Shown here in pieces: positions 1 through 9,018 of a stretch of DNA of 64,000 nucleotides. The notes beneath the pieces are model-generated. The model did no database searches. It was not told where the DNA came from and worked only from the letters and a program-made list of their open reading frames with translations. The DNA lies in the IMG/VR virus record IMGVR_UViG_3300032136_000002, positions 38,281 through 102,280 of that record. One strand, written 5' to 3'. The translations under genes were made by a program, and so were the position numbers. The DNA is from a virus. Every line of letters starts with the position of its first letter. The first letter of the stretch is position 1.

Positions 1-2
1 TG

Positions 3-3000
3 CAACCGTCCCAGGGTCGTCTTCTTCCCCCCGACCTGGGCTACATCGGTCACGTCCAGCTTTCCTTGTTTGACCGCCTTCTCAAGATCAGCTTGGTTGG
101 AAAACTTCAAGTTGGACTGCTTGCCTACCTCAGTCAGATTGTAGAGCCCGACTTGCATCTCTTTGATGGGCGTATAAGCGACTTTCCCAGAGGCGGGGGA
201 GAAAAGGATGTTCGACGGCTTCATCTTCTCCGCTTCTTCCACAGCCTCGTTTGTCATAGGAACAAACGCTGCCATGGTATCCCCGTCAAAGTCTGCACCA
301 TAAGAGCTGGTCACGAGCGGATGTATTTGAATTGCTTTGCCTTCAGTCAACCGAGGTTTGAAAGCTTGAACTCCGTGTTTGTGAAGAACGGGGTCGCGTT
401 TGAGCAACACTGGTCGCTGTTCAGCCGCGCGCTCAAGCGCCTTATTGGCGATGGCCGTATTCTGTTGGATCTCTTGTTTGGCCTGCATGGGAGTGAGGCC
501 AAAAGAATTACGGATTTCACGGACGACGAACGGCTTGTACATCTCCATCGCCGCTTTACGGGGAATGCCCACCTCATCCAAGCTGAGGGACGGCTCCGGC
601 ACGATGGTCGAGCGCATCGTCATGTCCTGCCGCTTCTTGATGAGTTTCCGCTGGTAGAACCCCGTCTTGGGGTTAGCCCCCGCGATGACGTCGAGGATGC
701 CGGGGTAGTCACGGTTGAGGGTACCTCCAAGACCAGTGAGGCTCTTCATCTCGTCATAGAGCTCGCGACGCAGTGGGGCCCGCTCTTCATCAGGGAGCCC
801 CTTGTGCATGGTGCGGAGCTTCTGGTTGGTCAGTGAGATGTGCTTGTAGAACTGGTTGACATCTTCAAACTGGATGGACCCATCGCCTGAAACGCTCATC
901 GGCCGCATGACGGGGGGCATGACCGGAACGTGCTTGGTCATGTACGCCTCAGTCGGCGAGAGCTTGGCTTTCTTCAAAGCGCTCAGATATTTGATACGCC
1001 GGTTGGCCTTGTTGAGCGGCGTGCCGCGGAGCTTCCCTATCCGCCCCCGTTCGGCCTCGAGCTCTTTGTCGATGTCCACATTCTTGAGCAGCCGACCGAC
1101 CGCACTCGGCCCGTACTGGGCCCCCTCAACGTCAGCATCCACCAACTTGCCGTCAGCGGTCACCCCTTTCTCACCATTGATAACCTTCTGGTACTCCTTG
1201 CGGTCCACCCCAGTGAGTGAGGAGATGGCCCCTTCGAACAGCGGGTTGGGCATGGGCTCGTGCAGCGTGATGTGGCTCCACTTCTTTCCCTCTGTCCCGC
1301 CCGTGGTCTCAGGGTCGAACAGCCCCCCCTTCTCTGGGTCGAGCGTCCCGGCCTTGACTGACTTGCCTCCGTCTTTGATGGCGCCTGAGCTCGTCTCGAG
1401 GACCTGCTTGTCCGTGAGCGGAAGGAGGTTGAGACTGTTGCCCTCCTTCTCGACGTTCACCCCGACCGTCTTGAGCATCCCCTCGAACTTTTTGAAGGCG
1501 AAGGTTGGTTTGGGTGGTGGAAGGAGCTCGCCGGCTTGCAAAGCACCCCAGAGTTCGTCGTTGTCACCGTGTTGACCTCGATCAGCTTTGTACGTGGCCA
1601 TCTCGCGAATATTGTGAACGGCGCCGTGAGATAGCAGGGAGTACAACTCCATCTGTCCCATGGCCTGCCCCCCGTGAGGGTGGCCCGACCGCGGGGCCAG
1701 GTTGCGGTCGTAGGAGGCCCGGGAACGGGCGGTCATCTTCTGGTCGACCTGGTGGTGGAGCTTCAACGTATACTGCTGCCCCGTCATGACGTTAGGAATC
1801 TCTTTGCCCGTCTTGGGGTCAATGAGGTTCTCCGTGTCAGAGAGCTCGGCCTTCTTCAGAGCGGCCTTCACCTCACCCCGCGCATCGTCGAGGGCGAAGT
1901 TCTGCACCTTGAAGGGCTTCCCTTCCTTCTCCGCTATCTTGCCGGCCGCCGTCTCGAGTATCTGGCCTACGTTCATCCGGCCCATGACGCCAAGCGGGTT
2001 ATGGAGGACCTGAATGGGTTTCCCGTCCTTGGTCTGAGGCATCTCTGAGTCAGGAGTCACACGAACGACAATCCCCTTGTTAGCGTGACGACTTACAATT
2101 TTGTCGCCAACTTGCGCGGGTTCCTCGGTCTTGACGTGAACCTTGACCCCGTCACGGGACTTGGTGACCTCGACGACCTCACCGGGGAAATCCTGGTCCC
2201 AGACCTGGCCCTTGTCGTCGTAAGTCCGAAGGAGGCTCTTGTGGATGCGGCCGAGGTCCATCTCCCCCTTGCGGACCACACGCTTGGTCATGCCGGCGAT
2301 GAGCGTGTCTCCGGGCTCCACCCGCTGGCCCACCTTGATGACTCCGTCGTCGCCGAGCTTCTCCTGCTGTTTCACCGTCATCCGCTGGGGGAAGTTGGCG
2401 ACGTAGGACTTCTTCCCCTTGAGCTCACCCTCGGCCTTGTGAAAGCCCTTCTTATACAGGTGTTCCGACGTGAGTTGGCGAGCTGCGGACTCACTGATGA
2501 CGATGCCGTCTTCGACGTTGTGCCCCTTAGCCGGGAGGTAAGCTACGCGGAGGTTGACGCCGGGAGCGTAAGTGCCTCCCTTCGAGAAATTCGTGTCGGC
2601 GATGAGCTGCCCCTCTTTCACTGTGTCGCCGACCTTCACTTGGGGCTCAGAGTTGAGGACCCCCTTTTTCTCGTTAAGCGGGTAGTTGTCGTAGATCGGA
2701 ACGTCTTTGACCTTCCCGTCTGCGCCCTTGATTTTGATCGAGTCCTTCTCGACGCCGACTACCTCCCCTGCAAGGGGAGCCGTTTGAGCGGTGAAGCTTC
2801 CCATCACGTCATCAAAGCTCTTGCCGCCCTGGACCGACTGGACTAGCGGGGCCTCCCGGTACTTGAGGGAGACGGCCTGCTCCTGGTGCCGCCCGCTCAT
2901 GGTCACCCGGTTCTGGGAGTTGTTCCCGAGGAAGGGGACCATGTTGAGGGGGAGTGAGAACATCTGGGCCGCCGAGGGCATGACGTAGTCAGCCTTCTTC

Positions 3001-4415
3001 ATCGAGGTGAGCCCCATCTTCCCCTCTTTGAGGCTGGCCTTAAGCTGGTCCCGCTTGGGGGTGGGCTTCCCGTCCTTCCCCCACGTCACCTCATCGGCCA
3101 TAACCACGACTTTCTCTTGTGCCGTGGCGGGGTCAACTCTCTCCACTTTCCCCGTTTTGGTGTTGTAGAGGGGGATGGTTATGCTACCCTTCTCTTTACG
3201 CATTCCAAGCGCAGTGTGAAGAGTTACGCCTGTCTTCGGACCTTCCGGAGTATGGAGGGGGTCTAGGAACCCCAGGTGTGAAGGGTCAACGAGCTTCACT
3301 TCCTCGGTGAGCTTGTGCTCACTCTGAATGCCTCCCTCGGTCCCAACGACGGTGGTCTTTTGCTGACCGCCCACCATAGCCACGGGGTTTGTGTCGTCGG
3401 CTTGGTTGGCCAGGGAGCTCTTGGCGAAGAATTGGTTGATGGGCCGGTTGAAGTAGTCCGTACCCACGATGTCTTTGATCTTGCCCTTGCGGTCCAGGTT
3501 GTTCAGAACCCGTCGCTCAATGATGGGCTTCTGCTCTTTGATGCGGTTCGAGATGAAGTCCTCAACCCCTTGGAGCTGCTTGAACTGAAGAGACTCCCGG
3601 TTGTCCGGCTCCCGCTCCCCCCGAGACACCTTCAAAAGGTTGGAGCTGGTTTCCATCATGGCCACTGGGCCCAACGTTTTTATGGGCTTACCGAGAGTCT
3701 TCTTGGTAACCTCCGGGTCGAGCTCAGCTCCCTCGAAGCGATCTCGAATCACCTGAGAGGCATCTTCAAAGGTGGTCGCCTTGGCCCGCGGGTTGATCTT
3801 TCCCGCCAGGCGGATGATGTCTTGCTCCACCTTCTTTTGGTCCACCTTGTTGGCAGCGAAGATTTCGCGACCCCACTTCTTCTCGAGGGCCTTATCCCCT
3901 ACGCCCAGGGCCTGCATGACGGAGTAAAGCGGGGGGTTGGACCCACCGATCCGCATCTTGAACTTCCGTTTGCCTGGGTCAAAATCAAGGTGGTAGGACC
4001 CACCCCTGATGTTGATTTGGCTCTCAAGCTCGCCGTTCTGCTTCACCCTCGAGTAGACCCCCGGTCGCAAAGTCCAGAGGTTGTCCGTCTGATACTCAGT
4101 CCCGTTGACGATGTACGAGTACCTGCGGGTGATTTGAGGTAGTGTGGCCACTCGCCTGGTCGAGGTATCAACTACTTTGCCCGTCTTGTTGTCGACTAAC
4201 TCGAAAGAAGCTTTGACGACTGATCCAAAGGTACGCCCGGCCAGCTTCTTCTCTTTCTGCGTCCGAACGTCATGCGTGTCTGGCTCGTCTGTGACCTCAA
4301 CCCCGGTCACCCTGAGAGTCTGAGCACTTCCTTTGATAGGGAATGACTGATGAATCGCCTTGGTCACCCGTTCTTTGAGAGCTTCTTGGCTCTCTCGCGG
4401 GTCAAGTCGCGCCAT
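3..4415 (-). CDS. rpoBC: Fused beta-beta' DNA-directed RNA polymerase (double-psi beta-barrel type); 3' end lies outside the window
   Basis: Hand-translated from ATG 4415 (GAGG RBS upstream). One frame holds beta motifs LPQITRRYSYIVNG, DPSHLGFLDPLHTPEG, VPFLGNNSQNR, GHNVEDGIVISES, GDKIVSRHANKG, NPLGVMGRMNVGQ, KLHHQVDQKMTAR and GGQAMGQME. It then continues into beta' motifs PEKGGLFDP, VPVMPPVMRP, LLKRDPVLHK and catalytic YGADFDGDTM (273-302). The track lists no ORF in this frame, consistent with no stop inside the window. Confidence 0.95.
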   Translation of the reverse strand, partial: MARLDPRESQEALKERVTKAIHQSFPIKGSAQTLRVTGVEVTDEPDTHDVRTQKEKKLAGRTFGSVVKASFELVDNKTGKVVDTSTRRVATLPQITRRYSYIVNGTEYQTDNLWTLRPGVYSRVKQNGELESQINIRGGSYHLDFDPGKRKFKMRIGGSNPPLYSVMQALGVGDKALEKKWGREIFAANKVDQKKVEQDIIRLAGKINPRAKATTFEDASQVIRDRFEGAELDPEVTKKTLGKPIKTLGPVAMMETSSNLLKVSRGEREPDNRESLQFKQLQGVEDFISNRIKEQKPIIERRVLNNLDRKGKIKDIVGTDYFNRPINQFFAKSSLANQADDTNPVAMVGGQQKTTVVGTEGGIQSEHKLTEEVKLVDPSHLGFLDPLHTPEGPKTGVTLHTALGMRKEKGSITIPLYNTKTGKVERVDPATAQEKVVVMADEVTWGKDGKPTPKRDQLKASLKEGKMGLTSMKKADYVMPSAAQMFSLPLNMVPFLGNNSQNRVTMSGRHQEQAVSLKYREAPLVQSVQGGKSFDDVMGSFTAQTAPLAGEVVGVEKDSIKIKGADGKVKDVPIYDNYPLNEKKGVLNSEPQVKVGDTVKEGQLIADTNFSKGGTYAPGVNLRVAYLPAKGHNVEDGIVISESAARQLTSEHLYKKGFHKAEGELKGKKSYVANFPQRMTVKQQEKLGDDGVIKVGQRVEPGDTLIAGMTKRVVRKGEMDLGRIHKSLLRTYDDKGQVWDQDFPGEVVEVTKSRDGVKVHVKTEEPAQVGDKIVSRHANKGIVVRVTPDSEMPQTKDGKPIQVLHNPLGVMGRMNVGQILETAAGKIAEKEGKPFKVQNFALDDARGEVKAALKKAELSDTENLIDPKTGKEIPNVMTGQQYTLKLHHQVDQKMTARSRASYDRNLAPRSGHPHGGQAMGQMELYSLLSHGAVHNIREMATYKADRGQHGDNDELWGALQAGELLPPPKPTFAFKKFEGMLKTVGVNVEKEGNSLNLLPLTDKQVLETSSGAIKDGGKSVKAGTLDPEKGGLFDPETTGGTEGKKWSHITLHEPMPNPLFEGAISSLTGVDRKEYQKVINGEKGVTADGKLVDADVEGAQYGPSAVGRLLKNVDIDKELEAERGRIGKLRGTPLNKANRRIKYLSALKKAKLSPTEAYMTKHVPVMPPVMRPMSVSGDGSIQFEDVNQFYKHISLTNQKLRTMHKGLPDEERAPLRRELYDEMKSLTGLGGTLNRDYPGILDVIAGANPKTGFYQRKLIKKRQDMTMRSTIVPEPSLSLDEVGIPRKAAMEMYKPFVVREIRNSFGLTPMQAKQEIQQNTAIANKALERAAEQRPVLLKRDPVLHKHGVQAFKPRLTEGKAIQIHPLVTSSYGADFDGDTMAAFVPMTNEAVEEAEKMKPSNILFSPASGKVAYTPIKEMQVGLYNLTEVGKQSNLKFSNQADLEKAVKQGKLDVTDVAQVGGKKTTLGRL

Positions 4416-4444
4416 GTGATCCTCACTGTGGTGTGCCTATACGG

Positions 4445-4473
4445 ACTCTAAGGTAGCGAAATTTATAAGTCAA
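4445..4473 (-). promoter_or_regulatory. sigma70-like promoter for the RNA polymerase gene
   Basis: TTGACT-N17-TAGAGT on the minus strand, about 30 nt upstream of ATG 4415. Confidence 0.55.
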
Positions 4474-4489
4474 TGCCCGATATAAGAAC
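4455..4489 (+). promoter_or_regulatory. Candidate phage-specific promoter AGCGAAA-N19-TATAAGAAC
   Basis: The same bipartite motif occurs at 11863-11896; both copies precede the first gene of a plus-strand unit. Confidence 0.4.
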
Positions 4490-4529
4490 TATGGTGCGAG
4501 ACCGTTAGCTCATCGGTCTCTAGGAAGGT

Positions 4530-4745
4530 ATGAGTCAATTGAATCCCAATGGAAGTGGAACCTCTAGCGAGACCGTGTTCTCTGATGCCCTTAGTCTGTT
4601 TGAGGGCGTTGTGGAGAGCATGGTGACTGAATGTTGTAGTGGATCTGGTCTCCTCGGTGAAGTCGGATCGGGAGTAGGCCCTTCAACCTGTTTGGCCGAT
4701 GACATCGATATCGTGTCGTCGTCCCTATCGGATGAGGGGGAATGA
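4530..4745 (+). CDS. Small acidic hypothetical protein
   Basis: ORF track; AGGAAGG upstream of ATG. Confidence 0.4.
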   Translation: MSQLNPNGSGTSSETVFSDALSLFEGVVESMVTECCSGSGLLGEVGSGVGPSTCLADDIDIVSSSLSDEGE

Positions 4746-4748
4746 GCG

Positions 4749-4847
4749 ATGCTTCTCTTCTTCATCAGTGTTTTCGTAGCGACAGTGTTGTCGTGTATTA
4801 CGGAGACTATGGCGGATTGGGAAGCGGGTCGCTTTTGGTGCTGGTAG
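4749..4847 (+). CDS. 32-aa hydrophobic peptide (MLLFFISVFVATVLSCITETMADWEAGRFWCW)
   Basis: Hand translation; GAGGGGG upstream; one hydrophobic segment; followed by a hairpin. Confidence 0.35.
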   Translation: MLLFFISVFVATVLSCITETMADWEAGRFWCW

Positions 4848-4864
4848 GCACCTGAGGCGGTAAC

Positions 4865-4902
4865 AGGTGGCCCTAACCTCACGGGAGGGGCCACCTCCTT
4901 TT
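4865..4902. terminator. Hairpin between convergent genes
   Basis: AGGTGGCCC...GGGCCACCT stem followed by CCTTTT. Confidence 0.5.
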
Positions 4903-7900
4903 AGATTGCCGCCGCTTCCGGACCTCGACGAGGAGCTCTCCCTTCAGGAAGAGGGGCTCCGGCACTTCGAGGACCTTGTTGATTCCCACCGCGGGTGAGC
5001 AGCTCAACGACCATGTCGGCGAGTTGCGGGCTCTGTTGCGCTATCTGTTGCAACGCCACCTGCTGATGCTCTGGGGGCATCTGAGCCATCTGCTGCGCCA
5101 TCTGCTGAGCAATCTCAGGGAGAGGTTGCTGTGGAGGAGGTTCAGCCGCTGGCTGCCCCGGAACACCGCCCTGTTGCACCCCCTCCAATGCCTCGCCAGG
5201 CGCCGCGTCTGTCATCCCCTGCTGAGCTTGCATTTGCTCACGCTGCATGACAGCTTGGCTCCGCGCCTGGTACTTGCTCATGACCACCTGGGCTTCGCCT
5301 TGAACCTCGGCCTGGGCCAACTGGTTCTTTTTTAGCGTCTCCATGCGCCGGGCCGCCTCGGCCATCATGAGCTCGTCCTCCTTCTCCGGAGAGAGGTCGG
5401 CGTCGAGCAAGAGTGTGGAGTCTGACACCTTCTGCGCCTGGTTGTACTGGAAGAGAAGCGCTTTGCGCTGCAGGTCGTCGGCCATCTTGAAGGGCTTGAA
5501 CCTCACTCGAGGCTCGGGCCACTCGAGGTACGTCGCGACGTTCTTCACGATGAAGTGGCGCAGGACATGGGTCATGTCCGAGACATAGCGAATGAAGTGA
5601 TTCTCCAGCATCCGCATCGACACGTTGCTTCCACTAAAGGAAAGCCCTCCGGTGATAAACTCTCGAGGGACGTGCATGCCGGCGATGATGTGGTCGTTGA
5701 GCATCTGCATCTCCTGGAAGGTCAGCAGTGCTCGGCCGTCTCCTCCAATGACCTGATGCCCCAAGGGCAGCGGCATGATGGGGACGTAGGCCCGGTCCTT
5801 GCGCCACCGATTGATCTCAGCTTGCACGTGGTCCCGCCATTTTCGAAGGTCAATGGAGCTGTTATGAGTCGCCACCCCAGCCACACAAAACGATTTGTCC
5901 CCACGCACCTGGAAGCCGCGGACCACGTCAACTCCTTCAATAGCAACTTTGCTCCGAACCCTGAGGTACACATAGCCGTCTCGGAAGAACCCGCACCGTG
6001 AGTGCCCTGGAGGTGCTTCTGGCCCTCGGCCCAACAGGTGGGCCAGATAGTCCGCTTGAGTGCCGTTCACGTTCACCTGGTAGTACGGCAGTTTGGCTAT
6101 CTCGTCCTCTCGCGGGATAGTGCATTGGGTCGTAGGGAGCACTTCGTGGGAGAGCAAGATGGTGCGCGCATCCATCGCAAGTTGAGGGCTTACGGTCTTC
6201 AGCCCAATACGCCTCGTCGCAGTGCTGAAGTCACACCCATCCCCGAGTAACAACCCCTCGAGAGCACTGAGCGCTATGGGGCCTGGTGCCTCCATAATGA
6301 ATCGAGGGAGCCGTTTGCGCTGCGCCCCTCGGCCACATGCGAATAGGACACTGCTGAGGATGACGTCATTGACTACGTACTCAATGCACCCCGGACCATG
6401 AGCGAAGGTCCCACTCGGTTTATGGGCTAGTCCAGCAAGCGCCTGGTCGAGCCTTTGACGTAGGTGGGGTTTGTCGATGTCTAAGGCTAGTGCGGCAAGC
6501 GCGCCCTTGGTCGACCCTTGTGCTGCGTAGAGGCCTATGACAAAGGCCAAGTCACTGGTCACCGGGAGATACCGAGGGGTGCGCTCAATCTGCCCTTGCT
6601 GCACAAAAGCAGCGCGGGCGTTGTTGAACTCCTCAATAGACCACCCCCGATCAGCCAAAAAGTCCATCCGGGGGGAGGCCTGCCGGGACAACCCCACCCG
6701 AGAAAAATCTGGGAGCCCCTCCTGCTCAAAATACTCATAGATTTCGGCTGACTGCTGGTTTATCCGACGATAAACCCAAGACTTAGTGGCTGCCCGCTCC
6801 GGGTTGTACTCCGCCAAATCAAGCTGTAACGCAGTCCACGTTGGCCGGTGGGTGGGATAGCAGACGTAGTCCTTCTCAGCCACATCCTTCGCCTCGACCC
6901 ATGAAGGCTCCCCCAAACTATCGTAACCACGCCATTCCCCAGGCACCCGTTTCACTGCCAATAGGGGGTGCCCTGCGGACAACGTAAAGGGGAAGGCCGT
7001 CAACGAAGCGGCAGTCACCTTGAATACCGGTTCCCCAACCTCAACAGGACGGTCAACTGCGGCCTCTACTTTTTCCCACCGACCCTTATGGGTACGGACA
7101 AAATCACCTTGATCCACTTCCCCCGCAGGTTTAATCCCCTTTCGTGTCTCGATCAGAGTGTCGTGAGTGACACAGTAAGGGTCTGCCTGAGCGGAACCAG
7201 CTGCAGGGTAAATGATAGACAGCGGGTAGATGCGCTCAAGGGCCACGGCCTCATTCGACTTTTTCAACACCTGAAGCAAGAACGCGTCTTTGAGCACTGG
7301 GAGGAGCATGGGGATACCCATCCCTGCATCCTTGGTCCCCGTGAGCATGCTTGGCCGCCGGAGGTGGCAGAAGTTCGTCTTGTAGAGCCGGAGCTGCTTC
7401 TGCTTGCGTACGGCGTCCAACACAATTTGAGGCATCACTTCTATCACGTGGGGCTTGCCCAGCATGATGTCGTTCTTGACCGACCGCGGTACCCGGAAGA
7501 AGTAACTGTCCTCTCCCGTAATGTCGTTGTGCACCACGGTGATGTCTTCCGGATTCCAGATAATCAGCTTGATGTCGCGAGGGCTCTTGATCTGAACATC
7601 ACGGACTTCAGCCTCGCCGCTCACCCCACACTCTGGACAGGGGTTGAGGACGAACTTGTGATGCTGGAATCTGTAAGTCGAATCTTTGATCGCTGTCCAT
7701 TGACCGCAAGAACCGCACTTCAGGTATTTCACGAACGGGTACTGGATAGAAATCATTGAGTTCCCGTACGCGTAGTAGTACAGACCTAAATCGAGGAAGA
7801 ACTTCCGAATCTGGAGAGTGTCTTCGAGGAACTCCTCCCACAACTCTGTGACTTCTTTAGTCTTGTGCTCCACTACAATATCGGTGAGCGGGTACTCAGC

Positions 7901-8107
7901 CATTTTGCTGATGACTGCTGAGACTGTTGGGTTGGTCAGGTAGAAGTAGCGGCACCATCGGAACAGCCGACGGATAGTGTCCGGAAGGTAGGTCTGGGCA
8001 ACATCGAAGAACGGGGATGGGTAGGAAAGTCCACTCGAGCTGCCGCCTGTAATGCGGCTGCGCGCAGGGCTGAAACGCTCGAAATTCCCTTGGTTATAGT
8101 CAAACAT
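4901..8107 (-). CDS. Portal protein (probable), intein-containing, with Zn-ribbon insert and Gln/Pro-rich tail
   Basis: Portal-like pattern (NPTVSAVISKMAEYP; YYAYGNSMIS; IIAGMHVPREFITGG; LENHF...RVRFKPFKMADD); spliced length about 630 aa; position in the head module. Confidence 0.75.
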   Translation of the reverse strand: MFDYNQGNFERFSPARSRITGGSSSGLSYPSPFFDVAQTYLPDTIRRLFRWCRYFYLTNPTVSAVISKMAEYPLTDIVVEHKTKEVTELWEEFLEDTLQIRKFFLDLGLYYYAYGNSMISIQYPFVKYLKCGSCGQWTAIKDSTYRFQHHKFVLNPCPECGVSGEAEVRDVQIKSPRDIKLIIWNPEDITVVHNDITGEDSYFFRVPRSVKNDIMLGKPHVIEVMPQIVLDAVRKQKQLRLYKTNFCHLRRPSMLTGTKDAGMGIPMLLPVLKDAFLLQVLKKSNEAVALERIYPLSIIYPAAGSAQADPYCVTHDTLIETRKGIKPAGEVDQGDFVRTHKGRWEKVEAAVDRPVEVGEPVFKVTAASLTAFPFTLSAGHPLLAVKRVPGEWRGYDSLGEPSWVEAKDVAEKDYVCYPTHRPTWTALQLDLAEYNPERAATKSWVYRRINQQSAEIYEYFEQEGLPDFSRVGLSRQASPRMDFLADRGWSIEEFNNARAAFVQQGQIERTPRYLPVTSDLAFVIGLYAAQGSTKGALAALALDIDKPHLRQRLDQALAGLAHKPSGTFAHGPGCIEYVVNDVILSSVLFACGRGAQRKRLPRFIMEAPGPIALSALEGLLLGDGCDFSTATRRIGLKTVSPQLAMDARTILLSHEVLPTTQCTIPREDEIAKLPYYQVNVNGTQADYLAHLLGRGPEAPPGHSRCGFFRDGYVYLRVRSKVAIEGVDVVRGFQVRGDKSFCVAGVATHNSSIDLRKWRDHVQAEINRWRKDRAYVPIMPLPLGHQVIGGDGRALLTFQEMQMLNDHIIAGMHVPREFITGGLSFSGSNVSMRMLENHFIRYVSDMTHVLRHFIVKNVATYLEWPEPRVRFKPFKMADDLQRKALLFQYNQAQKVSDSTLLLDADLSPEKEDELMMAEAARRMETLKKNQLAQAEVQGEAQVVMSKYQARSQAVMQREQMQAQQGMTDAAPGEALEGVQQGGVPGQPAAEPPPQQPLPEIAQQMAQQMAQMPPEHQQVALQQIAQQSPQLADMVVELLTRGGNQQGPRSAGAPLPEGRAPRRGPEAAAI
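5861..7174 (-). mobile_element. Intein (438 aa) with LAGLIDADG homing endonuclease domain
   Basis: Starts CVTHDTLIET; block B LSAGHPLL; LAGLIDADG-like helices FVIGLYAAQG and LEGLLLGDG; ends SFCVAGVATHN followed by Ser(+1). Confidence 0.93.
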
Positions 8108-9018
8108 CAGCCCTGCGTCCCTTTCCCAGTGAGGCGGCCTATGCCGGCACCTACGCGCTTGCCGACGGAGCCAAGAGTTTCACCTAGAGCGAAATTGCCT
8201 ACGACGGGAAGTGCACCACCTGCGACGTATCCTGCACTGCTGCCGATAGCCTGTCCCACTACTGCCGGGTCACCCGTACGGACGCCTTCAGCTATAGCTG
8301 GGGCGGCCATGATACCCGTCATCCCAATACCGAGCGGCCCTTGTACGCGCCCGATGTTTTTTAGAGTCTCAAGGCGTTTGCCCTTGGTCGCAAACCCCCG
8401 CATTACCCCGGGAATGGAAGTCAGCCCCTCTTGGGCTGCCCGTTGCATCTCAGGGGACACCTCCGTACCTGGAGCCAGCATGCGCTTGTAGGCCTCTTCA
8501 CGCTCCTTGCCCGTCCAACCCCTACCTCCGAAACGACTCTTGCCTGCGACAATCTGCGCCTGCGTTCGAGGGGCGTACCCTGTCAGAGAGTGGGCCTGTC
8601 GTTGAACCGCCCGAGTTACCTGCTGTCGGCCGGCCCGCGTTGCCAACTGCCCCCCAGCCAAACCTGCCGCACCCCCCAGAATGGCCCCCCGCACGGCCCC
8701 GGCTCCCCGAGCTCCCTCCGGGGCAGTTGCGGCACCGTGCGCGGCTCCAACGCCTGCCCCCATCAGTGCGCCCGCCCCACGCCCCGTCCACGCTTCACGA
8801 ACATGGGCTTTCCCAAAATGTTCGCCAACCCCTTTCACCCCAGGGATTTTGCTGACCAGCTGGCCTACAGGACCTGAGGCTCGCCGCAACGTGTCTGACG
8901 CACCGCCTAGTGCTCGGCCGACCGTGCGGAGGCCAGGCAAGAACGCCTCTTTCTGTAGAGCGTCGTCCCAGGTCTCTACAAGGGCCTGACTGAACTCGGC
9001 GCTATTGAGTTTTTGCAT
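8107..9018 (-). CDS. Gly/Ala-rich basic protein, possible internal head or ejection protein
   Basis: Glycine-zipper segments (GAGALMGAGVGAAHG); N-terminal LQKEAF motif; stop overlaps the portal start. Confidence 0.6.
   Translation of the reverse strand: MQKLNSAEFSQALVETWDDALQKEAFLPGLRTVGRALGGASDTLRRASGPVGQLVSKIPGVKGVGEHFGKAHVREAWTGRGAGALMGAGVGAAHGAATAPEGARGAGAVRGAILGGAAGLAGGQLATRAGRQQVTRAVQRQAHSLTGYAPRTQAQIVAGKSRFGGRGWTGKEREEAYKRMLAPGTEVSPEMQRAAQEGLTSIPGVMRGFATKGKRLETLKNIGRVQGPLGIGMTGIMAAPAIAEGVRTGDPAVVGQAIGSSAGYVAGGALPVVGNFALGETLGSVGKRVGAGIGRLTGKGTQG

Noticed and set aside
66-4142. Many plus-strand ORFs of 60-275 aa in the track
   Set aside because: They are antisense shadows of the minus-strand RNA polymerase frame and have no motifs of their own
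1-4415. Host chromosomal rpoB-rpoC operon
   Set aside because: Too compact and divergent, flanked by a portal-like gene rather than ribosomal protein genes
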